From assembly GCF_036588685.1 (NCBI RefSeq), contig NC_086384.1, forward strand, positions 59,272,001 to 59,336,000: a stretch of 64,000 bases of DNA. Direction: 5' to 3'. The translations under genes and the position numbers were made by a program. Positions 51,229 to 64,000 of this stretch are shown piece after piece. Source of the DNA: Mytilus trossulus (Eukaryota). Position 1 is the stretch's first letter. The number at the start of each line of letters is the position of its first letter. A model generated the notes under the pieces. The model did not search any database. It had not been told where the DNA came from and saw only the letters and a program-made list of their open reading frames with translations.

Positions 51229-52588
51229 ATAAAATTATTATCCTGGTACTTTAATTTTGATAACTATTTATAACTTTTGTTTATTTATGATACCAAAACA
51301 TACCAAAGGCATATTTAAACTCATCTGAGAGGGTAAAAAACAAACTGATAACGATCGATACATTGAGAAAAAACAAAAATAACGGTACAAACAACCGTCA
51401 CTGTACACAAACCACAACATAAAAAACTATAAAATAAGCACAAATTCAACCGGATTGGGTCATCACAGATACCCCGGAAGGGTAAGCAAATCTTATTCAT
51501 TTTAAGGAATGACAGTTATGTTTTTTTCTATCAATGAAGAAATCACATTAAAAATGTGTTGAACACTGAATAACGCGCGAAGCTGGTTGTTTTACAGTGT
51601 TCACCACATTTTTTTAAATGTTATTTCGAATAAACAGAAGAGAACATAAGTCATTCCTTATAATTTAATTAAAAATTCCATTTTAAACCGTAGAAAATCA
51701 TGAAGAAACGTTGATGACGTCACGGTCACATGCCTAAATTATGTTTATGGGCTGATAACCAAATAACGTCAGCCAATCAGAAGACGCATTACATCCAAAA
51801 TTAAATTATTATGAATTAAATTTACTCTAAAATATATAAAAACTGTGGTTGTTTGCGCTAGATTTAATTGTATATACATGTAAAGCCAGTAGGGTAGTAG
51901 GATTGCCAATGAGACAGGCATATACCGACCAAACTTCAAATGAAGTGGATGTAAGCCATTGTAGGCAAGCGTACCGTATTTAAACAATAAGTAAACCCAC
52001 ACCGTATTGTAGGCCCCAACATAAAGAATGTGAAAATATTTAATCGAGAAAAGTTAAACTAACGGATATTTTATTACAAAAAAAAAGAAGAAAAAAACAA
52101 TTTACGAAAAACAAATACTACAGACATGAACCAACGACCAACCGCTGAACTACAGGTGCGGTTAAGGTGCAGGAAATGCTTACCCTTCCGGAGCACATGA
52201 TTTCAATCCCGATTTTATTGGAGTTCGTGTTGTTTCTTTATTATTGATAACTTTTGATTTAAACGTTCTTTGGTTTTGTGATTTTTTTTTTACTCCTTGG
52301 TTTTGATTGTTATTGTCTATAGTCACATAAAAATGAATGTGAGACCAACCCTCCTCTTAACATGGAAAGTAAGAACATACTAAAAAAACGAGTTGGATAA
52401 AATTACAAAGAAATCTCAAAAAAAGAAGAGTGGACGTGGACGGGTACTTATACATCCCTCAAGACAAACAGACACTTAACACAGATCTGATAAACTTAGT
52501 ACCCGCTTTTTTTTACAACTATCAAAACCATCTTAGACCTAAATATTAATCACTACACATCCAACATCCAATGGATATAACATAATAT

Positions 52589-53806
52589 AACTAGAGGCAC
52601 TCAAGAGTCTGTGTCGCTCACCTGTTACTGTATTTACTGATGCCAATCATCTTGGTTGGTAGGTGGGGTCCTTAGACACTTTTTTAAATAGATACCCTAG
52701 TAATAATTGTGGCCAAGTTAGGTTGGATTTGGCCCATAGTTTTAGAAAAGAAGATTTTTTGTACAAGTTACAAAAATGACGAAAAGTTGTTCAATATTGA
52801 CTATAAAGGGCAATAACTCCTTAAGGGGTCCTCTTACAATTTTGATCATGTTGACTTATTTGTAAATCTTACTTTGCTGAACATTATTGCAGTTTACAGT
52901 TTATCTCTATCTATAATAGTATACATGAAAATAACCAAAAACTGCAAAATTTCCTTAAAATTATCAATTTAAGGGCAGCAACCCAACAACGAGTTGTCCG
53001 ATTTATCTGAAAATTTATTCTGATGGATATTTAAATCTTGAGAGATTTGCCCAAATGTCTTAGTTTCAAAGATATAAATCAAAAACTGCATTTTACCACT
53101 GTGTTCTAATTTTAGCCATGTCGGCCATTTTGTTTGGTAGGCGATGTCATCGAACACATTTTTTAAACAATATACCACAATGATAATTGTGGCCAAGTTT
53201 GGTTAAATTTGGCCATGTAGTTTAAGATAAGAAGATTTTTTTACAAGTTACAAAAAATGACGAAAAGTTGATAAAAATTGAGGGCAATAACTCCTTAAGG
53301 GAATGACTGACAATTTTAGTCTTGCTGAATTATTTGTAGGTCTTACTTTGCTGAACATTATTGCTGTTTACAGTTTATCTCTATCTATTATAGTATTCAA
53401 GATAATAACCAAAAACTGCAAAATTTCCTTAAAATAACCAATTCAGGGGCAGCAATCCAACAACAGGTTGTCCGATTCGTCTGAAAATTTCAGGGCAGAT
53501 AGATTGACCAGATTAACAAATTTATCTCATGTCAGATTTGCTCTAAATGCTTTGGTTTTTGAGTTATAAGCCAAAAACTGCATTTTACCCCTATGTTCTA
53601 TGTTTAGCCATGGCGGCCATCTTGGTTATTTGGCCGGGTCACCGGACACATTTTTTAAACTAGATACCCCAATGATGATTGTGACCAAGTTTGGTTAAAT
53701 TTGGCCCAGTAGTTTCAGGGTAGAAGATTTTTGTAAAAGTTTACGGACGACGGACGCAAAGTGATGAGAAAAGCTCACTTGACCTTTCAGGTCAAGTGAG
53801 CTAAAA
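52589..53806 (-). mobile_element. Helentron-type non-autonomous element with internal ~480-bp tandem units
   Basis: Terminal hairpin gctcacttgacc-tttca-ggtcaagtgagc followed by taaaa; (GGAC/GAC) microsatellite; gctcacct subterminal motif near the other end; internal repeats containing tggccaagtttggttaaatttggcc. Confidence 0.65.
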
Positions 53807-54825
53807 AAAAAGGAGATGTGGTATGATTAACAATGAGACTTCATTCCACAAGAGACCAAATGACACAGAAATTAACAATATAGATCACCGTACGACCGTC
53901 TACAATGAGCAAAGCCGATACCGCATAGATGGCATTAACAGTCAGAGAAACACATTAAGATGATAACACAATATTGACTGCTGTACCCCTTTTTTTGACA
54001 TTTTTACTCTTTGAGCATGTTTGTTTTGTTCATGCATCGTTGACAATGTAATGGAATTTGATGCAACTGGCATACAAGTGAGGGGTTTAGCTAGCTATAA
54101 AACCAGGTTCAATCCACCATTTTCTACATTAGAAAACGCCTGTACCAAGTCAGGAATATGACAGTTGTTATCCATTCGTTTGATGTGTTTGGACTTTTGA
54201 TTTTGCCTTTTGATTTTTGATTTTCCTTTTTTAATTTTTCTCGGAGTTCAGTATTTTTGAGTTTTTACTTTTTACATTACCATATGCAAATTATGGCGCG
54301 CAACTTGTATACTTTTTGATTGTTGATCAAACTGGATTTGTTTATGTATGTCATGAATAGTCACAATATAAGAGGATTTTCTGACGTCCAGTGGCAAACA
54401 TTCCATTTATATGCCCTAATTTAAATTATTTCGACCTGCATACTTTAAGATGGTTTTATTTGCTTATTTTTTAAATTATTAAATCGGTAATAACGATAAT
54501 CCAAAACCATTATATGCTGGATTATAATTTGGCCGATTTAATCAGATAAATGCAATTATAGGATTATGGTGCTACCCTGAATTCAACTTATAATAGGTCA
54601 GAAACAGTTAAAACCCATATAATTCTGAAGAGAAACCTTAAAGTACATCACACATCTTACTGTTTATACACGACTACTAGAATCTTGTACAGGATTATGT
54701 ACCTTAAACTTGACTTAGATAGATCTGAAACAAGTTAACCAAAATTATAAAGAAATACTAAAAGTACATCCCACATCTGATTGTGTAATACTGGAATTAT
54801 TCTATTTTATGGTAAAAGAAATGAA

Positions 54826-55693
54826 ATGAGTTTTGGATGCATTTTGATACTTTTATATCTGCCTGGTGTTTTACTAAATCCCGTCGGCTGTTCCTATGAT
54901 GCTACTAATGTACTTTACACGTGTAATGCACGATACTGGTCTCTGCCTCTGCTGTTTAGTGACTTCACAACACAACCGCAACGTATTGTATTGGTAGATG
55001 TCGCAGGGGAACTACCGGCTACTGTACCAAATGGACCAACTTTTAGTGGGTTCAGTTCAACAAATGCTGCGCTCTTTGACGGAAGATTTTCTCCGTCTTT
55101 GCAGATAATGTGTTTTGAAGATAGCGATTTGATCATGTTCATGGACACGTTTGTCGATTTTGATTGGCTAGACGATGTGATTATTACTGACTGTAACATA
55201 CTGTCTCTACCTGTTCAAGTGTTCTCTCATATTGGTGATGTTAACTCGTTTACAATTGAAGGAGGCTCTGTAAATAACATGGTGGCAAACAGCTTTCAAG
55301 GATTAAATGTTAAGAAAATCACAACTGCGCCGACGCCAAAGGGATCATTTACAATACGTAACAGCCAAATTACTTCTGGGCAGCTAGCACCTGGCGCTCT
55401 TTTTAACATTAACAATGCCACAACCATAATCCTCGAAAATAACCACATTACAACAATAGGAAGTGATACATTTCAGGGCGTGCCACAATTATATAACCTT
55501 ACGCTTAGTTATAACGACATTACAAGTATTCCTGAATCTATATTCACAAACCTGCATGCTTTGGAACACGTGACCATTTGGGGAGTTCACTGGGATTGCA
55601 CGTGTGATAAACTCTGGTTTATACCTTACGCCTCTGACAACAATATAACTGTAAACGGCGATATCGTGTGTTCTACACCAGCAGGATATAACA
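54826..55693 (+). CDS. LRR-TM gene 6, exon 1
   Basis: MSFGCILILLYLPGVLL signal peptide; closest to gene 5; donor AACA|GTAAGT, phase 1. Confidence 0.9.
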
Positions 55694-56459
55694 GTAAGTT
55701 CGTAGTTCACAAGCAACATAACCGATCTGCATAATATAACATATAAAAAAGAAGATGTGGTGTGGTTGCCAATGAGACAACTATCCACAAAAGACCAAAG
55801 TGACACAGACATTAACAAATATAGGTCACCGTACGGCCTTCAACAAAGAGCAAAGCCTATACCGCATAGTCAGCTATAAAAGGCCCCGATAAGACAATGT
55901 AAAACAATTCAAACGAGAAAACTAACGGCCTTATATATGTAAAAAATATGAACTAAAAACAAAAATTTAACACATAAACAAACGACAACCACTGAATTTA
56001 CAGGCTCCTAACTTGGGACAGGCACATATATAAATAATGTGGCGGGGTTAAACATGCTAGCGGGATCCCAACCCTCTCCCTAACTGGACAAAAATACAAG
56101 TGGACGTGGCCGGGTAACATACATTCGGTTGCTTCAAACCTACTATCTGTGTAATCTATACAATCAGAGTTTTCCACGTTGGTTACATGTGTACACACGT
56201 CAATTACACAACAACCCGACAACGGTTCCGAGAAGCGTTCCACTTACATTGTATATCTTCTATGATCACAACAAATTAAGAGGAGGAAACCATCAGCCTG
56301 GTCCACGGGAAAATCAATATGGCAAAAATCAACCACCGACTTCAATCAAATCACAGGCTCCTGACTTGTGACAGGCACATTCGTCATTTGACTGTCTCAT
56401 AAATAGGTATAATTTGTAATCAAATTTGAATTTAATTTTATGTTGTTAAATATTTCCAG

Positions 56460-56519
56460 ATACAAGGGCCTCGTCCTTTTATCAGAATAACTGTGTATTG
56501 CCATGCGATGGAAAAATTG
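56460..56519 (+). CDS. LRR-TM gene 6, exon 2 (NTRASSFYQNNCVLPCDGKI)
   Basis: tatttccag acceptor and TTG|GTAAGA donor; 60 nt; homologous to the other exon 2s. Confidence 0.8.
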
Positions 56520-57486
56520 GTAAGAACATTAACTGTAAAGAATTGATAGGGTTCTATAATAAAGTGAACTTTATGTAATATGAAAATAAACAACTTTATT
56601 GCAAAAAAAAAAACGAAACCCTGACGGGTTAAAATGCAAACATACATGACATAGTACATTGTATACACAGTGACAAGAAACATAATACATGATTAAATTG
56701 AGAATGAAAATTGGGAATGTGTCAAAGAGACAACAACCCGACCAAATAAAAAAACAACAGCAGAAGGTCACCAACAGGTCTTCAATGTAGCGAGAAATTC
56801 TCGCACCCGGAGGCGTCCTTCAGCTGGCCCCTAAACAAATATATACTAGTTCAGTGATAATGAACGCCGTACTAATTTCCAAATTGTACACAAGAAACTA
56901 AAGTTAAAATAATACAAGACTAACAAAGGCCAGAGGCTCCTGACTTGGGACAGTCGCAAAAATGCGGCGGGGTTAAACATGATTGTGGGATCTCAACCCT
57001 CCCCCTATACCTCTAACCAATGTAGAAAAGTAAACGCATAACAATATGCACATTAAAATTCAGTCCAAGAGAAGTCCGAGTCTGATGTCAGAAGATGTAA
57101 CCAAAGAAAATAAACAAAATGACAACAATACATATTATTAAATAACAACAGACTACTAGCAGTTAAGTGACAGCTCCAGACTTCAATTAAACTGACTGAA
57201 AGATTATGATTTCATCATATGAACATCAGGCACAATCCCTCCCGTTAGGGGTTTAGAATCATACCATCATAACATATATGAGAAGAACATTACCCGTGTC
57301 ATGCCAACAACTGTTTTAATGTTTTAAAAAAGTGAAGTTGATATTAATAACATATATCTTTATGTATATATATATAATAATTGACCAATGTGGACCTTAC
57401 TTTAACCTATAATGGTTTAATTTTTAAATTGTTATTTGGATGGAGAGTTGTCTCATTGGCACTCACACCACATCTTCCTATATCTA

Positions 57487-58200
57487 CTTATTTTCGCAAT
57501 TCCATAGATTGCGTAATATAGTCTACAACACTAGACAAAATATCTTTATTTGGGATCTAGAATAGTTATAAGTTTAGAGTTTGAGTCAAGCTGGTTAAAA
57601 TTAGGATAATTGGTTTTAATTGCATTTCTAAGGCAATGAAGGAAAAAGTGTTCCTCATCATCTAAAATTTTACAAACTATGCACAGTCTGTGTTCTCTTT
57701 GAATTTTTTTATAACGTCCTAAATCAATTTCCAAATTATGATCACTTATAAGTAATTTTGTTAAAAGCTAAAGATTATTTAAATTGTTTAGATTGTGCAA
57801 GTAGTCCTCGAATTTAATTTCATTTTAAAGTTTACTATAAAGATAAAGTTTTGAACTGTTATCAATATTTGAAAGTTTTTCAAGAGTGATGTTATTATAC
57901 TTTTCCTTCACGTCAATATGTTTTAAAAAAAATTTGAGTGAATTTTTTATAAGTTTAAAAGGTTTATCAAAATCAACATATTTTTCTTCATCAATATTAA
58001 ATTCTTTGAAAATATGCTTGACAAAAGTGTACCAAGTATATATTCCATCTTCAGATATAGACTTATTTACTGCAAAAAAGGGTTATGGCAGTTTATTCTA
58101 CAAAAATATAATAAAACTTGAGTTTTAATAAAGGAGTCAAGTGGAAATCGTCCTAACTCAGACTTTGCAGCTGTGTTAAATTGTTGATTTCTTAAAACAT
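57487..58200 (-). pseudogene. Degenerate non-LTR retrotransposon (LINE) ORF2 C-terminal fragment
   Basis: LEIDLGRY..IQREHRLCIVCKILDDEEHFFLHC is a CCHC zinc-knuckle motif typical of LINE ORF2 ends; frameshifted. Confidence 0.7.
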
Positions 58201-60239
58201 ATTGAACGTCAAGTAAAATCACATCAGCTGTCGATCTTTAAGATGGCATTAACTATTCAGAATTGAAATTGATAACGTTTTAGAACGGTCGAGAACTCTA
58301 GATTTTCTGACGTCAGAATATATTTGCATAGTAATTTCCAAAACACAAGGCTAATACGGCCTTGAAAAACTGACCAATCGACTCAATGAACTACAATGCA
58401 TTGTGGGCTACCACGAGTAAACTACTACTTAAAACACGTGGTGTTAGTGGGAAAACAGTCAATTAATATATTGTCTGGGACTCTCATTACCAAAGTTTTT
58501 ATTCTGCAAATATATTTAATGTAAAATATATAACATAATCTTCAATTTGCATGCTCAGATTAAAAAATATTGTTTATTGGCTTCACGATTCGACTTTCTT
58601 TTTCGCCTTGCAAAAGTAGTTGAACCAGTGTTGTGCATTGTTATGAATATTGAACCAGCATTAGTTTCACGACATGACACAGTGAAATAGCCAATGAAGT
58701 GACCACTGTCCAGTAAGAAAATCATTTGAGCTCTTTTAAACCTGTTTATCATATATTTAGTACAAAATACAGCTATTTTGTATATCTAATAAAGGTTCTT
58801 TTTTCCAGTCTGTATCACCTACCCCGTATCGCATGGCTAAACCCGTATCGCATGGCTAAACCCGTATCGCATATACCCCGTATCGCATACCTTTTTTTTT
58901 TTTTTTTTATTTAACTAAAGTCAGTTTTTTTGGGTTTTTTTTGCTTAAGAATTTTTTTTCTAAAAATAGGTAATTTTTTGGAATGACGTCATTGTTTGGT
59001 ATATAACGTCTTACTTTACACCAGTAAGTTTGTCTCATGGGTAATTGTGTTTTATCGCTGTTGTTTTGTTGCTTCTGGTGGACAAAGGCGGCCGTACATT
59101 GACCTATGTTTTACTTTTTTCAAATTGTTATTTGGATGGAGAGTTGTCTCATTGGCACTCACACCACATCTTCCTATATCTACTTATTTTCGCAATTCCA
59201 TAGATTGCGTAATATAGTCTACAACACTAGACAAAATATCTAAATACATGAAATCTCTGTGCCATCATCAAACATGTTAATGGCTATATATCGGGTAATT
59301 CAAACCCTTTTTTTCTTCGCATAGAAACAACTCTTCGTTAATCTGAGCATGGAAGTAATACTTTATATCACGAACTATAAATGAAGATACACAAAATGAA
59401 AAACTAAGCGAAATTGTGAATCCCGCATCGCACGAAAAAATGTGTTGTATTTCAGTAAATAACACGTGTTCGTGGTTGATTGTAAACACGTAGTAGTCCA
59501 TCATGCATTGTGACTCATTTACTGGATTGGTCAAAAACCGAGGTAAAATAAATTGCGTCACATGTAAATAAACAATTACATGTGCGAGAACATAAGTATG
59601 CTAATTTATGCATTTCCATATAAGGTAGTGGTCCTGACCTGTTAAAGAATAGAAAAGTCTTCATCACAGGTGACTATCTTTTAGCGGGGTAATTTTGTGT
59701 GCATTAAATTTGCGCGCATTTTGAGTTTATTTTCTTTACGTTTGCGCGCATAAATGAATTGGTAATGCGAGCGAATGTAACGTACATGTGTACATGTATG
59801 TAATCCATATTGCTGGTATACAATATATCTTGGTCAAACAATAAATGGTATATAGTTTGATAATTACAAATTAGGGAATTATGTTATCTTTAATATGTCC
59901 TACTTTCCAGTCCGATTTGATGCGGTTACATCTGGCTATTGGTACTTTACGGAACGGAACGGAACGGAACAGAATTTCATTTAAGGTATCCAAAGGGGGC
60001 ATTTATCAAAATTTCGAAAAATCTTTAAAACAAAACAAACTTTAAAATTTTACGGTTTTCCATATACAAATAACACAAATGTATACTTAATCTCATCTTC
60101 ACAGGTGAAATGTGCAATAATGTATAACATCGGGAACTATTCTGTAAATGAATATGTCGGATTGTCCTGATAAATTATCATGAAATTAACGCATTTGCAA
60201 GTCATGCATTATGATATCTAGACTGACCTCACGTCGTCC

Positions 60240-62460
60240 TTTCCGACGATGATTAGAAACATTGGTTCTGATTTTAACTTTTTAAATTTATTATTCCGTT
60301 CCGTTCCGTTCCGCAAAGTACCAATTGCTCTGAGGAATTGGTATTTAACGGAATCGAACGGAAACAGACATCTTTAATGTAATTAAAGCAGTATGATAAA
60401 AAAAAATTGTCTGACACCTCTTTTTGCATAAGTGGTATGTGTTTTAGATAGCATTTTCGACTTGATCAATAATAAAAAATTTAACATAAAGGCAGGTTAC
60501 ACAAAAAGTCTTTCTCCTTCCATCGGTAATTATATTTTAAAAAAGAGGCCTACAACAGCCCGTTCCGACGATGATTAGAGACAGTGATCAAGTTGAATCT
60601 GATTTAAACTTTTTAATTTATTATTCCGTTCCGTTCCGTTCCGCAAAGTACCAATTGCTCTGAGGAATTGGTATTTAACGGAATCGAACGGAACCAGACA
60701 TTTATAATGTAATAAAAGCAGTATGATAAAAAAAAATGTGTCTGACACCCCTTTTTGCAGAAGAAATAAGTGTTTTAGATAGCATTCCCGACCAGATAAA
60801 TAATTAAGAATTTAAAACAAAGGCAGCTTAGACAAAAAGTCTTATTCCTTCCATTGGTAATTATATTTTTTAAAAGAGGCCTTCCACCTCTCGTGCCGAC
60901 GAGGATTAGAAACAGTAATCAAGTTGAATCTGATTTAAACTTTTTAAATTATTATTCCGTTCCGTTCCGTTCCGCAAAGTACCAATTGCTCTGAGGAATT
61001 GGTATTTAACGTAATCGAACGGAACCAGACATTTATAATGTAATAAAAGCAGTATGATAAAAAAAAAATGTGTCTGACACCCCTTTTTGCAGAAGAAATA
61101 AGTGTTTTAGATAGCATTCCCGACCAGATAAATAATTAAGAATTTAAAACAAAGGCAGCTTAGACAAAAAGTCTTACTCCTTCCATTGGTAATTATATTT
61201 TTTAAAAGAGGCCTTCCACCTCTCGTGCCGACGAGGATTAGAAACAGTAATCAAGTTGAATCTGATTTAAACTTTTTAATTTATTATTCCGTTCCGTTCC
61301 GTTCTGCAAAGTACCAATTGCTCTGAGGAATTGGTATTTAACGGAATCGAACGGAACCAGACATTTATAATGTAATAAAAGCAGTATGATAAAAAAAATG
61401 TGTCTGACACCCCTTTTTGCAGAAGAAATAAGTGTTTTAGATAGCATTCCCGACCAGATAAATAATTAAGAATTTAAAACAAAGGCAGCTTAGACAAAAA
61501 GTCTTACTCCTTCCATTGGTAATTATATTTTTTAAAAGAGGCCTTCCACCTCTCGTGCCGACGAGGATTAGAAACAGTAATCAAGTTGAATCTGATTGAA
61601 ACTTTTTAATTTATTATTCCGTTCCGTTCCGTTCCGCAAAGTACCAATTGCTCTGAGGAATTGGTATTTAACGGAATCGAACGGAAACAGACATCTATAA
61701 TGTAAATAAAGCAGTATGATAAAAATTTGTCTGACACCTCTTTTTGCATGAGTGGTATGTGTTTTAGATAGCATTTTCGACTTGATCAATAATAAAAAAT
61801 TTAACACAAAGGCAGGTTACACAAAAAGTCTTTTTCCTTCCATCGGTAATTATATTTTAAAAAAGAGACCTTCAACAGCCCGTTCCGACGATGATTAGAG
61901 ACAGTGATCAAGTTGAATCTGATTTAAACTTTTTAATTTATTATTCCGTTCCGTTCCGTTCCGCAAAGTACCAATTGCTCTGAGGAATTGGTATTTAACG
62001 GAATCGAACGGAAACACGACATCTATAATGTAATAAAAACCTGTTCTTTATATTCCTTATAAATTTTCTATTTGTAGACTGCCTACGGATTTATATTGCT
62101 CTTATGGGACCCGAGATTAAGGGGGCCAATGGGGGGGGGGGGCCTGAAAAAATATATTTGTTTTTTATTTCAAGTCCGATATTGATGAGTTTTTTTACAT
62201 TAAATTCCTGATAAAAAGCCATGCCTGACGAGCATTTTTCACATTGCACGTTCCGCAAAGTACCAATTGGTCTGATGAATTGGTATTTAACGGAATCGAA
62301 CAGAAACAGACATCTACAAATGTAATAAAATCAGTATGACAAAAAAAGGCTGACACTTCTTTTTTTGAATGAGTGGTAATTGTTTTAGACAGCATTCTCG
62401 ACCTGATCATTAATAAATAATTTAACACAAATGCAGGTTACCCAAAATCCATCCATTCCT
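60240..62460. repeat. ~330-bp tandem repeat (~6 copies, two subtypes) containing (TTCCG)n; inverted partial copy at ~59937-59975
   Basis: ttattccgttccgttccgttccgcaaagtaccaattg recurs at ~60291, 60621, 60952, 61284, 61614 and 61941. Confidence 0.9.
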
Positions 62461-62856
62461 TATTATATTTTAAAATTTTCGGGAAAAAAAATGATGAAAT
62501 GGGCAAAAAAGAGTTGTCGTTAATTATTAAAGTTCGGAATGAGTTGCTACATTTGTATGTCTAAAGTAATGTTGATCCTCTTGGAATTCATTTGAAGGTA
62601 AGTTTTAAATTGTGCTAATGAATATCATGCATGTGTATTTAAGTTAAAAAAAAATGAAAAAAATGTCTTGAATAAAAACAAAGCTCTCGTCAATTATACC
62701 CGGCGTCATTACAGTGGTTACAAATGAAAATATCAAAATCAATTTTTATTAGATTAGAAGTCCGCAACTTTGACAATATACAGTGCGAATGACATAAGCT
62801 TTAAATGTAGAAATACAAGCGTACTTAAACTATGACAGTGTCAATTTTTTAATTAC

Positions 62857-63042
62857 TGTAACGGTTATTGGGTTCGGGATTGTGTACTTGTTTTTATGTT
62901 GTTCGTTCTATAAATAAAGTTTGAGTACCGCAGACGTCTTTTTGTCACAGCCAAGCTTTTTGTAGATCTCTGCTATTTGTGGTGCCAAATAGGACCACGT
63001 TGCTTGAGAAATGTTTCAGGCATCACACTGGTGTCAGAAGTG
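62857..63042 (+). mobile_element. Possible 5' LTR (TGTAAC...CACA, 62857-63027) plus tRNA-Leu primer-binding site of a Gypsy/Mag-type retrotransposon
   Basis: TG...CA ends and an internal AATAAA; TGGTGTCAGAAGTG at 63029-63042, one nt after the CA. No second LTR in the window. Confidence 0.45.
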
Positions 63043-64000
63043 TCGACTATTGTGAATTTATTCGACTGAGAAGTTTGGAAATTCATCGGAAAGTTGCCAG
63101 TTTGGAAAACCACGTGAGTCGACGATTGGGCGATCCAGAAGCGGATCCCCGTCAATCACAACCCAAACATAATTATTCCGGTGAGATCGTATGATTTTTA
63201 TACTTTAAATACTGAAAATTGTTTTAATTTTACAAAAAATTTAGCTGACGAAAATTTGCATTTGAAAAAAAATAATTCCGGTGGCTCCGACCTCGTCACC
63301 AAATTACCGGACATACAAAAACATTTTTATTTTTTATTTTATTTTAGTTAAGATTTGCATTTTGTATCATAATAATTTGCATATTTTTAGACTGTTTCAT
63401 GTAATACGTGTTTTTTAAGTATTACAGATCGAATTTAGAAAATAAAGGACTTATGAGTGAAACTGTTCTACACAACTATCTCAGGTCTATTCCACTCGTC
63501 ATCACACAAAAGACAAAATATTAATTTTCACCTGCTAAGAGACGGGCTTCATCCTAAAAGAATATGGGCACAAAAGTGGTTTAGAAGATTACCACTTGAC
63601 ATATGCCAAGAGTATTGGTTAGATAGGGAATCATTTTCAGTTCACGTCGATCCACAGGATTGAAAATTACAATCTTTTATAAATTGCAATTTAATAATAA
63701 ACATGAATGACGATACAGTAGTAGAGACGGAATCTGATCGAAAAGTCAGCGAAGATTCCCCGCCAAATGGTGATCAGTTGGGCATAAAAATGCTTAACGT
63801 GTTAGAAAGAATGGGGAACGACATGGGAACCTTGGCTGACACCATGACATATGTTTAGAAAACAGGATGAGGTTTCTGCCAATACAATGCAGCTACTCTA
63901 CCAACAAAGTAGAAGTATAGAAGAATTGAACAATACGTTTTTGCAGAACCGGGAGACATCGAAATCCGACATTAAGAGCACAGGAACTAATACTTCCGGT

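Noticed and set aside
19-55734. Toll-like receptors, or intronless secreted LRR genes as the ORF track suggests
   Set aside because: No TIR domain in any tail. Each long ORF has a conserved phase-1 GT donor just before its stop, and matching downstream exons exist.
61238-62428. Repeated minus-strand ORFs in the 330-bp satellite
   Set aside because: Frames are not preserved across units; a repeat artefact.

Overview
AT-rich animal genomic DNA with spliceosomal introns; the interspersed repeats resemble those of bivalve molluscs, possibly Mytilus (inference). The window holds a head-to-tail cluster of six paralogous + strand genes with one shared 3-exon design and phase-1 introns. Exon 1 (~860-920 nt) encodes a signal peptide, a Cys-capped leucine-rich-repeat (LRR) ectodomain and most of the LRRCT cap. 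Exon 2 (57-66 nt) encodes a two-Cys linker. Exon 3 encodes one TM helix and a short divergent tail with no TIR domain. Genes 1-5 are complete, gene 4 has two tandem copies of its terminal exon, and gene 6's terminal exon is not visible. The most striking signal is that several intronic 'satellites' are tandem amplifications of the genes' own splice junctions, each with a different unit: 36x60 bp acceptor (gene 2), ~80x40 bp donor and 20x78/80 bp acceptor (gene 3), a 2-copy acceptor (gene 4) and ~43x67 bp donor (gene 5). Both large acceptor arrays use codon-multiple units whose distal copies are open into the TM exon. Also present: minimal hammerhead ribozyme motifs in Penelope-like fragments, a TA-TSD MITE, Helentron-type non-autonomous elements, a LINE remnant, a possible LTR with a tRNA-Leu PBS, two kb-scale tandem duplications and other satellites. 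All calls are by eye; copy numbers marked ~ are estimates.
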